A DNA stretch of 41,186 bases, from positions 1 to 41,186 of IMG/VR virus record IMGVR_UViG_3300010361_000020; one strand, 5' to 3'. The first letter of the stretch is position 1. The number at the start of each line of letters is the position of its first letter. Positions 33,454-41,186 of this stretch are shown here, one piece after another. The position numbers and the translations under genes were made by a program. The notes under the pieces are model-generated. The model made no database searches. It was not told the DNA's origin and was given only the letters and a program-made list of their open reading frames with translations. The stretch is from a virus (lineage: Duplodnaviria; Caudoviricetes).

Positions 33454-34844
33454 CTCTCACCCTCTGTGGCGCCCTCGGCCAGCCTCTCGGCGATCCAGTC
33501 GCGGTGCTTCGTGGTCGCCCAGGCGGACGGGGTCGGCTGCCCGGCCTTGACCGCGTACGGTGTCCAGGGCTCGGTGCACGCGGGGTTCACGTAGCCGCGC
33601 TCGTCGGCCGGCACCCCTAGCGCGAGGTACGACGCCTCCAGCATCTCGCGGTACCGGCCCAGCGTCTCCCGCTGGCCGGGCGTGCCCCCGCAGAGCACCT
33701 TGAGCTCGTCCAGCTCGTCACGCTCCAGCAGGCGGACGGTGGGGGTGTCGGGGGGGGCGATATTATCGGCCGTGTTCGTGTCCGGCGAACTCGCCGCCGC
33801 TGCCAGCGCGTCGTCGCGGTCGTGCGCGGCCGGGTCCGCCAGCGGTGCGCGGCCCGCAGTCAGGCGCCGGCTCTCGGGCTGGGGCTGGATGTCCTCGACG
33901 TCGGCGTACTGCGCCGGCGGCAGGCCCAGCGTGCCGCTCTCGGCCGCGTCGAGCTCCGCGAGCTGGCGCCGGATCGCGGGCCGCAGCAGGGCGCGCGCGG
34001 GGCGGCCGCCGGCGAAGATCAGGACCTCGTCGGCGTCGTGGTCGACGAGGAGCGTGTGCTTCTGCACGCGTCCCTCGGGCGTGGTCACCGACCGGGCCAC
34101 ACGGCGCAGACTGAACGGGATCAGCGCGGTCCGGCCGCCGGTCAGCGCCCGGATGATCTTCAGGCCCGACTGCACGTCGACCGCGCCGTTCCAGGACCCG
34201 GTCGCGATCTCGATCCAGCCGAGCTGCCGCATGTAGTCCGGGTGCTGGTCGTCGAGCGAGCGCGTTCGGTCGTACGGCGCCGGGTGCAGCAAGATGAAGC
34301 GCAGCCGCATCTCCCGGTGGCAGCCGGGCAGCTTGTCCTGGTCGGTGGCCGCGGTGTGCCAGAGCGGGCACTCGGGACCGCGGCAGATGGCCTCCCAGCC
34401 GCCCTTGCGCTCGCCGAGCAGCAGGCCGGCCCGCTGGAGCCGGTCGCGGTAGCGCGGCTCGCGCACCCAGGCGGTCCCCTCCAGCGCGTCCTCGCCGCCG
34501 CCCGTGCCCGAGCAGCGGATGCGCGACGCCGCCCACGATCTGTTCAGCAGCTCCAGCACGACCTCGCGATCGTCGGGGCCGATGGTGTCGTACTCCCAGG
34601 CCAGCATCCCGCGCAGCCGGTCGCCGAAGCCCAGCACGCCCTCCTCCTTCGCGTCGGGGATCGGCCGGGCCCCGTATGCCGCCGCCATCTCCGGCGTGAC
34701 GCCGTCGGCGAGCTTGCCCACGAAGACGTCCGTGTCGTGCGGGAACCGCTTCCCGACCTGAACGTAGCCGAGCTTGAACTTGGCCGTGCGCAGCGCGCGC
34801 ACGGCCCCAGTCAGACCTTCGATCGGCACGGCTTCAGTCCTCAT
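33450..34844 (-). CDS. Gp3-like (recombination-directionality-factor-like family) recombination protein
   Basis: KFKLG...FPHDTDVFV, Cys set CSG..CRGPECP..GC, LRFIL, IATGSWN, IPFSLRR; adjacent to the exonuclease. Confidence 0.6.
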   Translation of the reverse strand: MRTEAVPIEGLTGAVRALRTAKFKLGYVQVGKRFPHDTDVFVGKLADGVTPEMAAAYGARPIPDAKEEGVLGFGDRLRGMLAWEYDTIGPDDREVVLELLNRSWAASRIRCSGTGGGEDALEGTAWVREPRYRDRLQRAGLLLGERKGGWEAICRGPECPLWHTAATDQDKLPGCHREMRLRFILLHPAPYDRTRSLDDQHPDYMRQLGWIEIATGSWNGAVDVQSGLKIIRALTGGRTALIPFSLRRVARSVTTPEGRVQKHTLLVDHDADEVLIFAGGRPARALLRPAIRRQLAELDAAESGTLGLPPAQYADVEDIQPQPESRRLTAGRAPLADPAAHDRDDALAAAASSPDTNTADNIAPPDTPTVRLLERDELDELKVLCGGTPGQRETLGRYREMLEASYLALGVPADERGYVNPACTEPWTPYAVKAGQPTPSAWATTKHRDWIAERLAEGATEGER

Positions 34845-34920
34845 CCCCGTTCGGCGAGCAGCAGGTGCACGCCTCGCAGTGGTCGCCCTTCTTGCACGAG
34901 TCGCAGCGGTTGCGCTTCAC
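34834..34920 (-). CDS. Cys-rich microprotein, 28 aa
   Basis: MKRNRCDSCKKGDHCEACTCCSPNGDED; overlaps both neighbours. Confidence 0.55.
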   Translation of the reverse strand: MKRNRCDSCKKGDHCEACTCCSPNGDED

Positions 34921-35357
34921 GCCTGCACTTCCCACGTCCGGACGTCCGAGCGGTAGCGGACCGTGACCGTGCCGGTGTCCGTGAGGTTCGCGACCATCTG
35001 GACGTCCCACCGGCTGAGCACGTCCGAGAAGCGCTCGAAGCTGGCGTCGATCAGCGCGGCCGGCGGCAGCTCGAACTCGATCCGGACTCGTACGGGCGGG
35101 TCCTCGGCCACGGTGTCGAGGGCCTGCTGCGCGCCGTCGCGCACGCGCTCGTCGTGCGAGTCGCCCGCGCGCTTGGCCATCGACAGCACTACCTCGTGCT
35201 GGATGTCCACATGGTCGAGCAGGCGCAGCGTCTCGGTGGCGTCGGCACCGAACCCGGAGCGGGCAGCGCAACGCAAAGCCTCCAGCTCGGCCACGGTCAG
35301 CAGGCGGCGCTGCGGCTGCCGGGCGGGGACGGTGTGGCGGGGGACTCCGGCGGCCAT
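34917..35357 (-). CDS. Hypothetical protein, 146 aa
   Basis: GGAGGAGG RBS; TGATG coupling. Confidence 0.65.
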   Translation of the reverse strand: MAAGVPRHTVPARQPQRRLLTVAELEALRCAARSGFGADATETLRLLDHVDIQHEVVLSMAKRAGDSHDERVRDGAQQALDTVAEDPPVRVRIEFELPPAALIDASFERFSDVLSRWDVQMVANLTDTGTVTVRYRSDVRTWEVQA

Positions 35358-35563
35358 CAGTCCTCCTCCGAGGCCATCGCCTCGCGCTGGTTGCCCTCGC
35401 CGACCACGGCGGCGGCGGCGCGCACGTGCTTGCGGTGGTCGGCGGCGGCGAAGTCCGGCATCGAGCGCCAGTCGCCGACCCAGCCACAGGAGCAGGTCTG
35501 GCGGTAGAGCGCGCGGATGCCGTCGAAGTCGACCTCCTCGTGGGGTGCGTGCTGCGCAGACAT
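35357..35563 (-). CDS. Small CxC/His protein, 68 aa
   Basis: CSCGW...ADHRKH; TGATG coupling. Confidence 0.65.
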   Translation of the reverse strand: MSAQHAPHEEVDFDGIRALYRQTCSCGWVGDWRSMPDFAAADHRKHVRAAAAVVGEGNQREAMASEED

Positions 35564-35856
35564 CACAGGCCCCAAAAGAGCTCGTCGATCGACGGCTCGG
35601 GCCGGGCCTCGGACTCCTGCCGGCCACCGGCCTCTCGCTCCAGCCGGGCGAGCACCAGGCTGGCGTGCCAGCACGGGCGCCGGTACTGCGCGGCGGTGCA
35701 GGTGCAGATCGGCATCCCGCCCACAATCTCGACCTGGTACCGGGTCTCCGCGTCCCGGCTGATAACCTCGAAGCTGCTCGGGCCCGTCCGCCAGGCCCGG
35801 CGGCGGCCGTCCTGCATGTCCGTCGGCGACGCCGACTTCGCGTACGCGATACTCAT
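35563..35856 (-). CDS. SWIM zinc-finger protein
   Basis: YQV...CTCTAAQYRRPCWH; AAGGAG RBS. Confidence 0.8.
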   Translation of the reverse strand: MSIAYAKSASPTDMQDGRRRAWRTGPSSFEVISRDAETRYQVEIVGGMPICTCTAAQYRRPCWHASLVLARLEREAGGRQESEARPEPSIDELFWGL

Positions 35857-35879
35857 CGCAGACTCCTTCGCTGGGGTTC

Positions 35880-36000
35880 GGCCACCCGGTCCGTCCGCCA
35901 AGAAGGTTCCGGGTGGCCTTCTCTATGGCCATATCGTGGCACGATAGTGTCCCGATGTCAAGCAAATAATGGCCCACTGTAGGCCCGGTGGTGCTACGAT
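35880..36000. promoter_or_regulatory. Divergent promoters with palindromic operator
   Basis: Minus strand: TTGACA (35956-35961)-17 nt-CACGAT. Palindrome TATCGTG-G-CACGATA at 35932-35946 covers that -10. Plus strand: TGCTACGAT at 35992-36000. Inverted repeat at 35880-35889/35909-35918. Confidence 0.7.
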
Positions 36001-36006
36001 GCCCGC

Positions 36007-36225
36007 GTGATGGACGTCGCCGTACAACTACACTCCGACCCAATGGCGACACCGAGGCCGCTCGACGAGGTGGCCGAGATGCTCGGGCTCTCGCGCCGGA
36101 CCATGTACCGGCTGGTCCGCGAGCTGAAGCTGACGAAGCATCGGATGCCGGGCGGGGGGAAGAAGACCTACCTGGACCCGGACGAGGTGCGGCGGAAGCG
36201 CCGGCCGCGGCCGGTCGATGACTGA
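36007..36225 (+). CDS. HTH DNA-binding protein (Xis/AlpA-like)
   Basis: PLDEVAEMLGLSRRTMYRLVRE...TYLDPDEV. Confidence 0.8.
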   Translation: MMDVAVQLHSDPMATPRPLDEVAEMLGLSRRTMYRLVRELKLTKHRMPGGGKKTYLDPDEVRRKRRPRPVDD

Positions 36226-36556
36226 TCGCTGGACAGAGGAGCAGAAGACTGCCGCCCGGGTGACGGTCACTCAGGCCATTCGCCATGGCCTGCTCGTTCG
36301 CGCCGGAGAGTGCGCGCGCTGCGGTTCTGCAGGGAAGACCTTCGCGCACCATGCCGACTACGACCGGCCGCTGGATGTCGAGTGGCTGTGCTTCCGATGC
36401 CACCATCGACACCACACCCCAGACCGAACGGCCGCCCGGTGGGATGGTCGCCGCAACCGTGATCGGCCGCCAGCGCCTCAGTTGCCGGTCGCCACGACCG
36501 TCTGGCCGCGTGACTTCCCAGGCTTCCGCCGGGTGTCCGGGCCCGAGGCCGACTGA
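36218..36556 (+). CDS. HNH-like Zn-binding nuclease-fold protein
   Basis: CARCG...AHHADYDRPLDVEWLCFRCHHRHH. Confidence 0.75.
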   Translation: MTDRWTEEQKTAARVTVTQAIRHGLLVRAGECARCGSAGKTFAHHADYDRPLDVEWLCFRCHHRHHTPDRTAARWDGRRNRDRPPAPQLPVATTVWPRDFPGFRRVSGPEAD

Positions 36557-36557
36557 C

Positions 36558-39095
36558 TCAGGCGTCATCCCCAGCATCGAGGCTCTCCAGGAGGTCGAAC
36601 AGCGTCGGGACTGAGGCCTGTCGCGATGCCGCCTCGACGTAGGCGGCGCCATCGCGGAAGTACGTCGGACTCAGCCCGACGCCGACGCCGCACCTGTCTA
36701 GCTTCACCGCGCAGTACGGCACCGTCATCAGGCCCGCGAACGGATCGTAGATCGTCTCGCCGGGCATCGAGAACTGCGTGATGAGCCGGTCGACGATGTC
36801 GAACTGGAGCGGGCAGAGGTGGAACTGCTGGCCCTTCCGCTCTTGCTGCATGTTGAGCGTTCGCATCCGCGCGATGTCGGTCCAGACGTCCGGGTGCCAC
36901 GAGGGCGGCTGCAGGAGCATGAAGGTGGTCGGCAGCCGGCCCTTTGCCTCCATCGCCTCGCCGAGCCGCACGTGCTCCTCGAAGTCGTACACGCACGTCA
37001 GGCCGTGGTCCCTGAACAGCTTGAAGATCCGCTCGTGGGGCTGGTCGACTAGGTCCTCTGGTGCGATCGGCCGGTTCCCGTTGGATCGGGCGAACCCGTG
37101 AGCGTCGATCTGCCACCTGGTGCGCGAGTAGGCGTCCTTGCTCTTGACCACCGGCACATCCCCGTACCCGTTGCTGCTGTCGGTCGGCGGCCGGCGGAAC
37201 AGGAGCACGTATTCGGGCATCCCGACCCCCATGCGCGAGCCGTCCTTGCACTGCTCGGTCCAGCCCAGCCGGTACGTCTGGTTGTTCTCGCGCACGACGT
37301 CGGTGACGATCGTCTTCATGCCGAGGAACGCGAAGCCGTGGCGCTGGTAGTGGAAGATCGCCTCTGCGTGGAAGGGCTGCACGGTCTGGAAGCCGAGCCC
37401 GGTCAGGCCGCCGGGGGCGATGCGGTCCTTGACGTGGATGGCTGCGACCCGGCCGGGCCGGAGCACGCGCAGCAGTTCCGGCGTGAGGTAGTCCATCTGC
37501 CGCCAGAAGTGATCGCCGTCCTCGGTGTGGCCGAAGTCGTTGTACGAGGGCGTGTACTCGTACTGTGTGCTGAACGGGATGCTGGTGACGATCAGGTCGA
37601 CGCTGTCGCTGGCCATCGCCGCCGTCTCCTCCACGGCGTCCGCGTTGACCAGCTGGTAGCCCGGGCCCGAGGCCTCGAGGCGCTCTACGCCGATCGACCG
37701 GCGCAGGCCGCCGGCGAGTGCCTCGCTGGCCAGGCCGTACGCCCGGATGATCTCGCCCATCCGCGCGACGAGCTCTTCGTGCTGAGCCCACTTCCGCTCG
37801 AGCTGCGCCCGGATCTCGCGCTCCCCCTCGGTGTAGATCAGATCGATGCGGACCGGCCGGCCCTGCAGGAAGCGGTGGATGCGGTGGATGGCCTGGATGA
37901 AGTCGGCGAACTTGAACCCGATGCCGACGAAGATCGCTCGGTGGCAGTGGCGCTGGAAGTTGCAGCCCGAGCCGGCGATGACCGGCTTTGCGGCCAGGTA
38001 CTTGATCCGGCCATCCGAGAAGTCGAGGATCCGCTGCTCGCGCTCGTCGAGCTCCTGGGAGCCCCACACCGGCGTCGCCGCGGGCAGCGCGGCCGCGATC
38101 GCGTGCCGCTCGGCTTCAAGGTCGTGCCAGAGGATGAAGTGGTCGGCGGGGCTCTCCGCGACGATCCCCCGCATCTTCGCGACACGGGCCGCTAGGCTGT
38201 CGCGCTTCTCGCGCGCCGCCTGGGTCACGCCGAGCGACGCGTCGCGGAACAGGATGCCCTGGCCGTCTCCGTGCTGGCCACCGTCCGGCGACGCGGCCGC
38301 GGTGGACGGGATCTCGTGCCAGCGCACCTCGAGCGGAGGCAGATCGTAGCCCTCGTCGGAGTAGCCGAGGTCGGAGGGCCGCTGGAGAAAGAGCGCCCAC
38401 GAGGCGACCCAGTGCCAGAACTCCTCCTCCATGTGCGGGTGCAGCGTCAGCCGGTCCGCGTGGGTCGAGTCGCGCTTGAAGAAGCGCGTCTTGGCCTGGC
38501 CGACATCCATGATGCCGAGGAACGCGGCGTAGGACAGGAGCTCGATGTATTCGTTCGGCGACGGGGTCGCCGTGGCCACGAAGCGGTAGGCCGCGCTCCC
38601 TTCGTAGAGCCGCACCAGCTCGCGAAACGTCTTGGTGCCGCCGAAGCCGCGTAGGATGGCCGCCTCGTCGAGCGAGATCACATCGAACCCGCGCGGGTCG
38701 AGCTTGCCGTCCCGGACCGTCTCGTAGTTCGTCAGGTAGATGCCGTCCGCCGCGGCCTCGGTCGCGCGGCGGATGAACGTGACCTCGAGGTCGAGCAGGC
38801 GGGCGTCACGCACGAACTCCTGGCGGACGCCGAGCGGTAGCACGATCAGCCCGCGGCCGCGGCTCAGCTTAGCCAGGACGAGGCGCACCGCCTCCAGCTG
38901 CATGAGCGTCTTGCCCAGTCCGAACGCCGCGAAGATCGCACGCCGGCCGCCGTGCACAGCCCACACGACCGCGTCGCGCTGGTGCGGCTTCAGGATCGGG
39001 TGTACGTCGGCCGGGTCGACGTCGAGGCCGGCCGCGGCCGCGAGCGCGGCCTTGGCCGCCAGGAACTCGGCGTACGGCTCCGCGGCGGCCGTCAC
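36558..39095 (-). CDS. SNF2-like helicase fused to a beta-class N4/N6 DNA methyltransferase, 845 aa
   Basis: LKPHQ, AFGLGKT, LDEA, ATATPSPN, QAIHRIHRF, then VTSIPF (motif IV) and YDPFAGLMT (motif I). Confidence 0.9.
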   Translation of the reverse strand: MTAAAEPYAEFLAAKAALAAAAGLDVDPADVHPILKPHQRDAVVWAVHGGRRAIFAAFGLGKTLMQLEAVRLVLAKLSRGRGLIVLPLGVRQEFVRDARLLDLEVTFIRRATEAAADGIYLTNYETVRDGKLDPRGFDVISLDEAAILRGFGGTKTFRELVRLYEGSAAYRFVATATPSPNEYIELLSYAAFLGIMDVGQAKTRFFKRDSTHADRLTLHPHMEEEFWHWVASWALFLQRPSDLGYSDEGYDLPPLEVRWHEIPSTAAASPDGGQHGDGQGILFRDASLGVTQAAREKRDSLAARVAKMRGIVAESPADHFILWHDLEAERHAIAAALPAATPVWGSQELDEREQRILDFSDGRIKYLAAKPVIAGSGCNFQRHCHRAIFVGIGFKFADFIQAIHRIHRFLQGRPVRIDLIYTEGEREIRAQLERKWAQHEELVARMGEIIRAYGLASEALAGGLRRSIGVERLEASGPGYQLVNADAVEETAAMASDSVDLIVTSIPFSTQYEYTPSYNDFGHTEDGDHFWRQMDYLTPELLRVLRPGRVAAIHVKDRIAPGGLTGLGFQTVQPFHAEAIFHYQRHGFAFLGMKTIVTDVVRENNQTYRLGWTEQCKDGSRMGVGMPEYVLLFRRPPTDSSNGYGDVPVVKSKDAYSRTRWQIDAHGFARSNGNRPIAPEDLVDQPHERIFKLFRDHGLTCVYDFEEHVRLGEAMEAKGRLPTTFMLLQPPSWHPDVWTDIARMRTLNMQQERKGQQFHLCPLQFDIVDRLITQFSMPGETIYDPFAGLMTVPYCAVKLDRCGVGVGLSPTYFRDGAAYVEAASRQASVPTLFDLLESLDAGDDA

Positions 39096-39277
39096 AGGGG
39101 CACCGCCTCCAGCCTCGCCACCTTCCAGACGGCGCCGATCCACCGCGCGATCCCCCAGGCGCAGCCAGCGCACAGCACCGGCTTGCGCACCTCGCCCGGC
39201 GCGCGGAGCACGGTCGCGTAAACTGCCTCGTTCGTGCAGCCCGGGGTCGCGCAGGAGGGACGGGGCCGACGCCTCAT
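39092..39277 (-). CDS. Small Cys protein, 61 aa
   Basis: CATPGC...LCAGC; overlaps both neighbours. Confidence 0.55.
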   Translation of the reverse strand: MRRRPRPSCATPGCTNEAVYATVLRAPGEVRKPVLCAGCAWGIARWIGAVWKVARLEAVPL

Positions 39278-39450
39278 CGCCCCACCAGCTCCCGCACCCG
39301 CTCCAGATCCGCCGGCTCCCCCGGGTCGGGCGTCCCCTCCGGTCCCCAGCGTGCCCGGCAGCCCCAGCAACGCCGCCAGCCGGCGCCAAGAGGGAGGTAG
39401 TCGGCGCGTCCGCAGCGGGGGCAGCTGCACTCGGGCGGGAGGTCAGACAC
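39274..39450 (-). CDS. Small Zn-ribbon protein, 58 aa
   Basis: MSDLPPECSCPRCGRADYLPLGAGWRRCWGCRARW...; not in the ORF track. Confidence 0.55.
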   Translation of the reverse strand: MSDLPPECSCPRCGRADYLPLGAGWRRCWGCRARWGPEGTPDPGEPADLERVRELVGR

Positions 39451-39691
39451 GGGTGGCCTTATCGATCGCCGCCATCGCGCGGTCCTCGTCCTCGCAGGCG
39501 TCGCAGACGCACTTCGCCAGCCTGGCCGCCCGCGGTTCGTTCGGGTGGCGCGCGCGTCGCCGACGAACGGCGTCCACGAGATCGGCGAGGTGGCCGGCCT
39601 CGTGGTCGTTAAGCAGTACGACGCGCGGGATCGTCGCCGAGCCCGCGCGGGAACGCTTCACGCGCTTGCGTAGCTGGTCCTCGAACTTCAC
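39443..39691 (-). CDS. Hypothetical protein, 82 aa
   Basis: GGAGG RBS; CVCDAC. Confidence 0.55.
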   Translation of the reverse strand: MKFEDQLRKRVKRSRAGSATIPRVVLLNDHEAGHLADLVDAVRRRRARHPNEPRAARLAKCVCDACEDEDRAMAAIDKATRV

Positions 39692-39810
39692 CGCCGCCTC
39701 CCCTTCGCCTCTCGCGCCCGCTCGCAGCCCGAGCACCTGCAGAGGTTGCGTCCGTCGCGCGGCGCCAGAGTCGTGCGCGCCGGCGGGTGGGTGCGGGGTG
39801 GCCTGGTCAT
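39688..39810 (-). CDS. Small CxCxxC peptide, 40 aa
   Basis: CRCSGC; GTGA overlap. Confidence 0.4.
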   Translation of the reverse strand: MTRPPRTHPPARTTLAPRDGRNLCRCSGCERAREAKGRRR

Positions 39811-39824
39811 GCGACAGTCCAGGA

Positions 39825-39929
39825 TCACTTTCGCGTAGACCGCGCGGCCGCCCGGCAGAGGGCGATGCCCATCCACAACGCGCCGCAGAGGGCGAGGGAG
39901 GCGGCAGCGCCGATGAGGAGCGCGGTCAC
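39825..39929 (-). CDS. Single-TM microprotein, 34 aa
   Basis: MTALLIGAAASLALCGALWMGIALCRAAARSTRK; GTGA overlap. Confidence 0.5.
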   Translation of the reverse strand: MTALLIGAAASLALCGALWMGIALCRAAARSTRK

Positions 39930-40201
39930 GCCAAGAACTTCTCGTCCCGCCGGACGCGCCCGCGGTCCGGGTGAGGCTTGCTGGCCCGGCGTGGCTGACG
40001 GTCGCGCTTCAGGCCCTCCACCTCGCGGCGCAGCTCCAGCACCAGCGCGTCCAGGCGCTCGCGGTCTCGCTGCAGGCGCTCGACCTCGTCGCGGAGCGGG
40101 GTGCGGAAGATCGTGCGAAGGCGAGCGAGGGCGGCGCGCATCACGCCACCAGCACCGGCATCTGTGCGCTCCGTCCATTCGATGCGCGACGAGCCGCTCA
40201 T
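39926..40201 (-). CDS. Coiled-coil hypothetical protein
   Basis: LRDEVERLQRDRERLDALVLELRREVEGLK. Confidence 0.6.
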   Translation of the reverse strand: MSGSSRIEWTERTDAGAGGVMRAALARLRTIFRTPLRDEVERLQRDRERLDALVLELRREVEGLKRDRQPRRASKPHPDRGRVRRDEKFLA

Positions 40202-40207
40202 CGCCGC

Positions 40208-41186
40208 TCAGGTCTCCCGCGCCGGTGCGTATGCGCCCGGCTCGACATCGAACGTCCAGGCCAGCGCTTCCTGGCACGTGCGCATGGCCGGCGGGACGCG
40301 GAGCATGTAGCTCCGGAAGCTGCCGTCGGGCTCGGCCGTCGAGTTGAGCACTTCGACCATCACGACCGGCTCGTCGTCGTCGATCGGCAGCCGCAGCAGA
40401 CGACGCCGCGCCCCCAGCTGGTCGGTGTCCTGGTGGACGATGAGATCCGACGCCGTGCGCGCGCTGCCCGCACCGCCTACCTCCAGCGCCAACGTCAACA
40501 GCCGGTCGGCTCCCAGCCGTTCGATCATCACCCGGCGGACCTCGGCGTTCGCCTCGCCGAGCACTTCTTTGGCGGTGAGCGCTTCGGGCTGCTCGATCAC
40601 CTTCTTGGGCACGCGGACGCCGTGCCAGGCGCCGATGCCCCAGCCGTCCGCGAAACCCACAGCGGGGCCGTCAGCGGAGTGCAGGCGGATCACCTGCTCC
40701 TGGATCAGCGAGTGCGCCGGGCGCGGTCGACCGTTCGGCTCGACGCGGACTCGCACGGGCCGCTCGGAGCAGATGCTGACGTTGGCGTACGGCCACCACC
40801 AGCTGCAGACCCGGGCCTGCTGCGCCCAGAGGTCGAGCCGGCGTCGGTCGCGGTCCTGGTACCGGATGCCGAGGTGCTGCGCCGGGAACAGGTAGTACGC
40901 CAACCACCCCACGTCGTACTGGCCCAACCAGTATTCCCCGAGCCCGGCCCAGAGCCCGTCCCTGAGCCCGTCCCTGAGCCCGGCCCCGAGCCCGTCCCTG
41001 AGCCCGGCCCCGAGCCCGTCCCCGAGCCCGGCCCAGAGCCCGTCCCAGAGCCCGGCCCTGAGCCCGGCCCTGAGCCCGGCCCTGAGCCCGTCCCTGAGCC
41101 CGTCCCTGAGCCCGGCCCAGAGCCCGGCCCTGAGCCCGTCCCCGAGCCCGGCCCAGAGCCCGTCCCTGAGCCCGTCCCTGAGCCCG
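40208..41186 (-). CDS. DUF6745-like protein (5' part outside the window)
   Basis: GQYDVGW, WWWPY...SERP, LHSADGPAVGFADGW...WHGVRVP, NAEVRRVMIERLG, NSTAEPDGS...YMLRVPP...ALAWTF. Confidence 0.85.
   Translation of the reverse strand, partial: GLRDGLRDGLWAGLGDGLRAGLWAGLRDGLRDGLRAGLRAGLRAGLWDGLWAGLGDGLGAGLRDGLGAGLRDGLRDGLWAGLGEYWLGQYDVGWLAYYLFPAQHLGIRYQDRDRRRLDLWAQQARVCSWWWPYANVSICSERPVRVRVEPNGRPRPAHSLIQEQVIRLHSADGPAVGFADGWGIGAWHGVRVPKKVIEQPEALTAKEVLGEANAEVRRVMIERLGADRLLTLALEVGGAGSARTASDLIVHQDTDQLGARRRLLRLPIDDDEPVVMVEVLNSTAEPDGSFRSYMLRVPPAMRTCQEALAWTFDVEPGAYAPARET
40934..41186 (-). repeat. In-frame 12-bp tandem array, at least 21 units, encoding GL[R/W/G][D/A]
   Basis: Unit GGG CTC (A/T/G)GG G(A/C)C; the last unit in coding order is GLGE. 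Truncated by the window end. Confidence 0.95.

Larger units (their letters stand above)
1..41186. mobile_element. Temperate siphovirus-type phage/prophage (ends not seen)
   Basis: Integrase, lysis, tail, head, packaging and replication genes in canonical order. No sheath gene and no host housekeeping gene in the window. att sites were not identified. Confidence 0.95.

Noticed and set aside
40934-41186. CRISPR array or complete DGR
   Set aside because: Units are contiguous 12-mers with no spacers, and there are no cas genes, reverse transcriptase or TR/VR pair in the window.

Overview
The whole window looks like one temperate, tailed phage or prophage with a non-contractile (siphovirus-type) tail. 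It comes from a very high-GC host (roughly 70%+ by eye). An Actinomycetota-like or other high-GC monoderm host is my inference and is not shown by the sequence. Left to right: (i) a tyrosine integrase with a convergent Xis-like HTH gene; (ii) an accessory cassette resembling an actinomycete ICE/plasmid transfer-spread module (DUF2637 protein, small membrane proteins, a TraB/FtsK N-terminal half lacking its ATPase) with a divergent XRE regulator; (iii) a minus-strand late region with TerS, TerL, portal, protease-scaffold, major capsid, neck, tail tube, a -1 frameshifted tail chaperone, a short tape measure, two distal tail proteins, a GH25 endolysin and several membrane/holin-like genes; (iv) an early region with a sigma-r4-like activator, replication initiator, tRNA-Leu(UAA), PD-(D/E)XK nuclease, Gp3-like recombination protein, SNF2-methyltransferase fusion, many Cys-rich micro-ORFs and a DUF6745-like gene with a 12-bp tandem array that runs off the right edge. 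The most interesting signals are: a bldA-type tRNA alongside the only in-frame TTA codon I found; an antisense-RNA/leader-peptide arrangement in front of the replication gene; an endolysin with an internal start plus a stand-alone copy of its lectin-like domain; the truncated conjugation cassette; a His/Pro/Lys-rich peptide gene in the neck module; and a repeat array that varies only at adenine positions. All family calls come from motifs recognised by eye. No database search was run.
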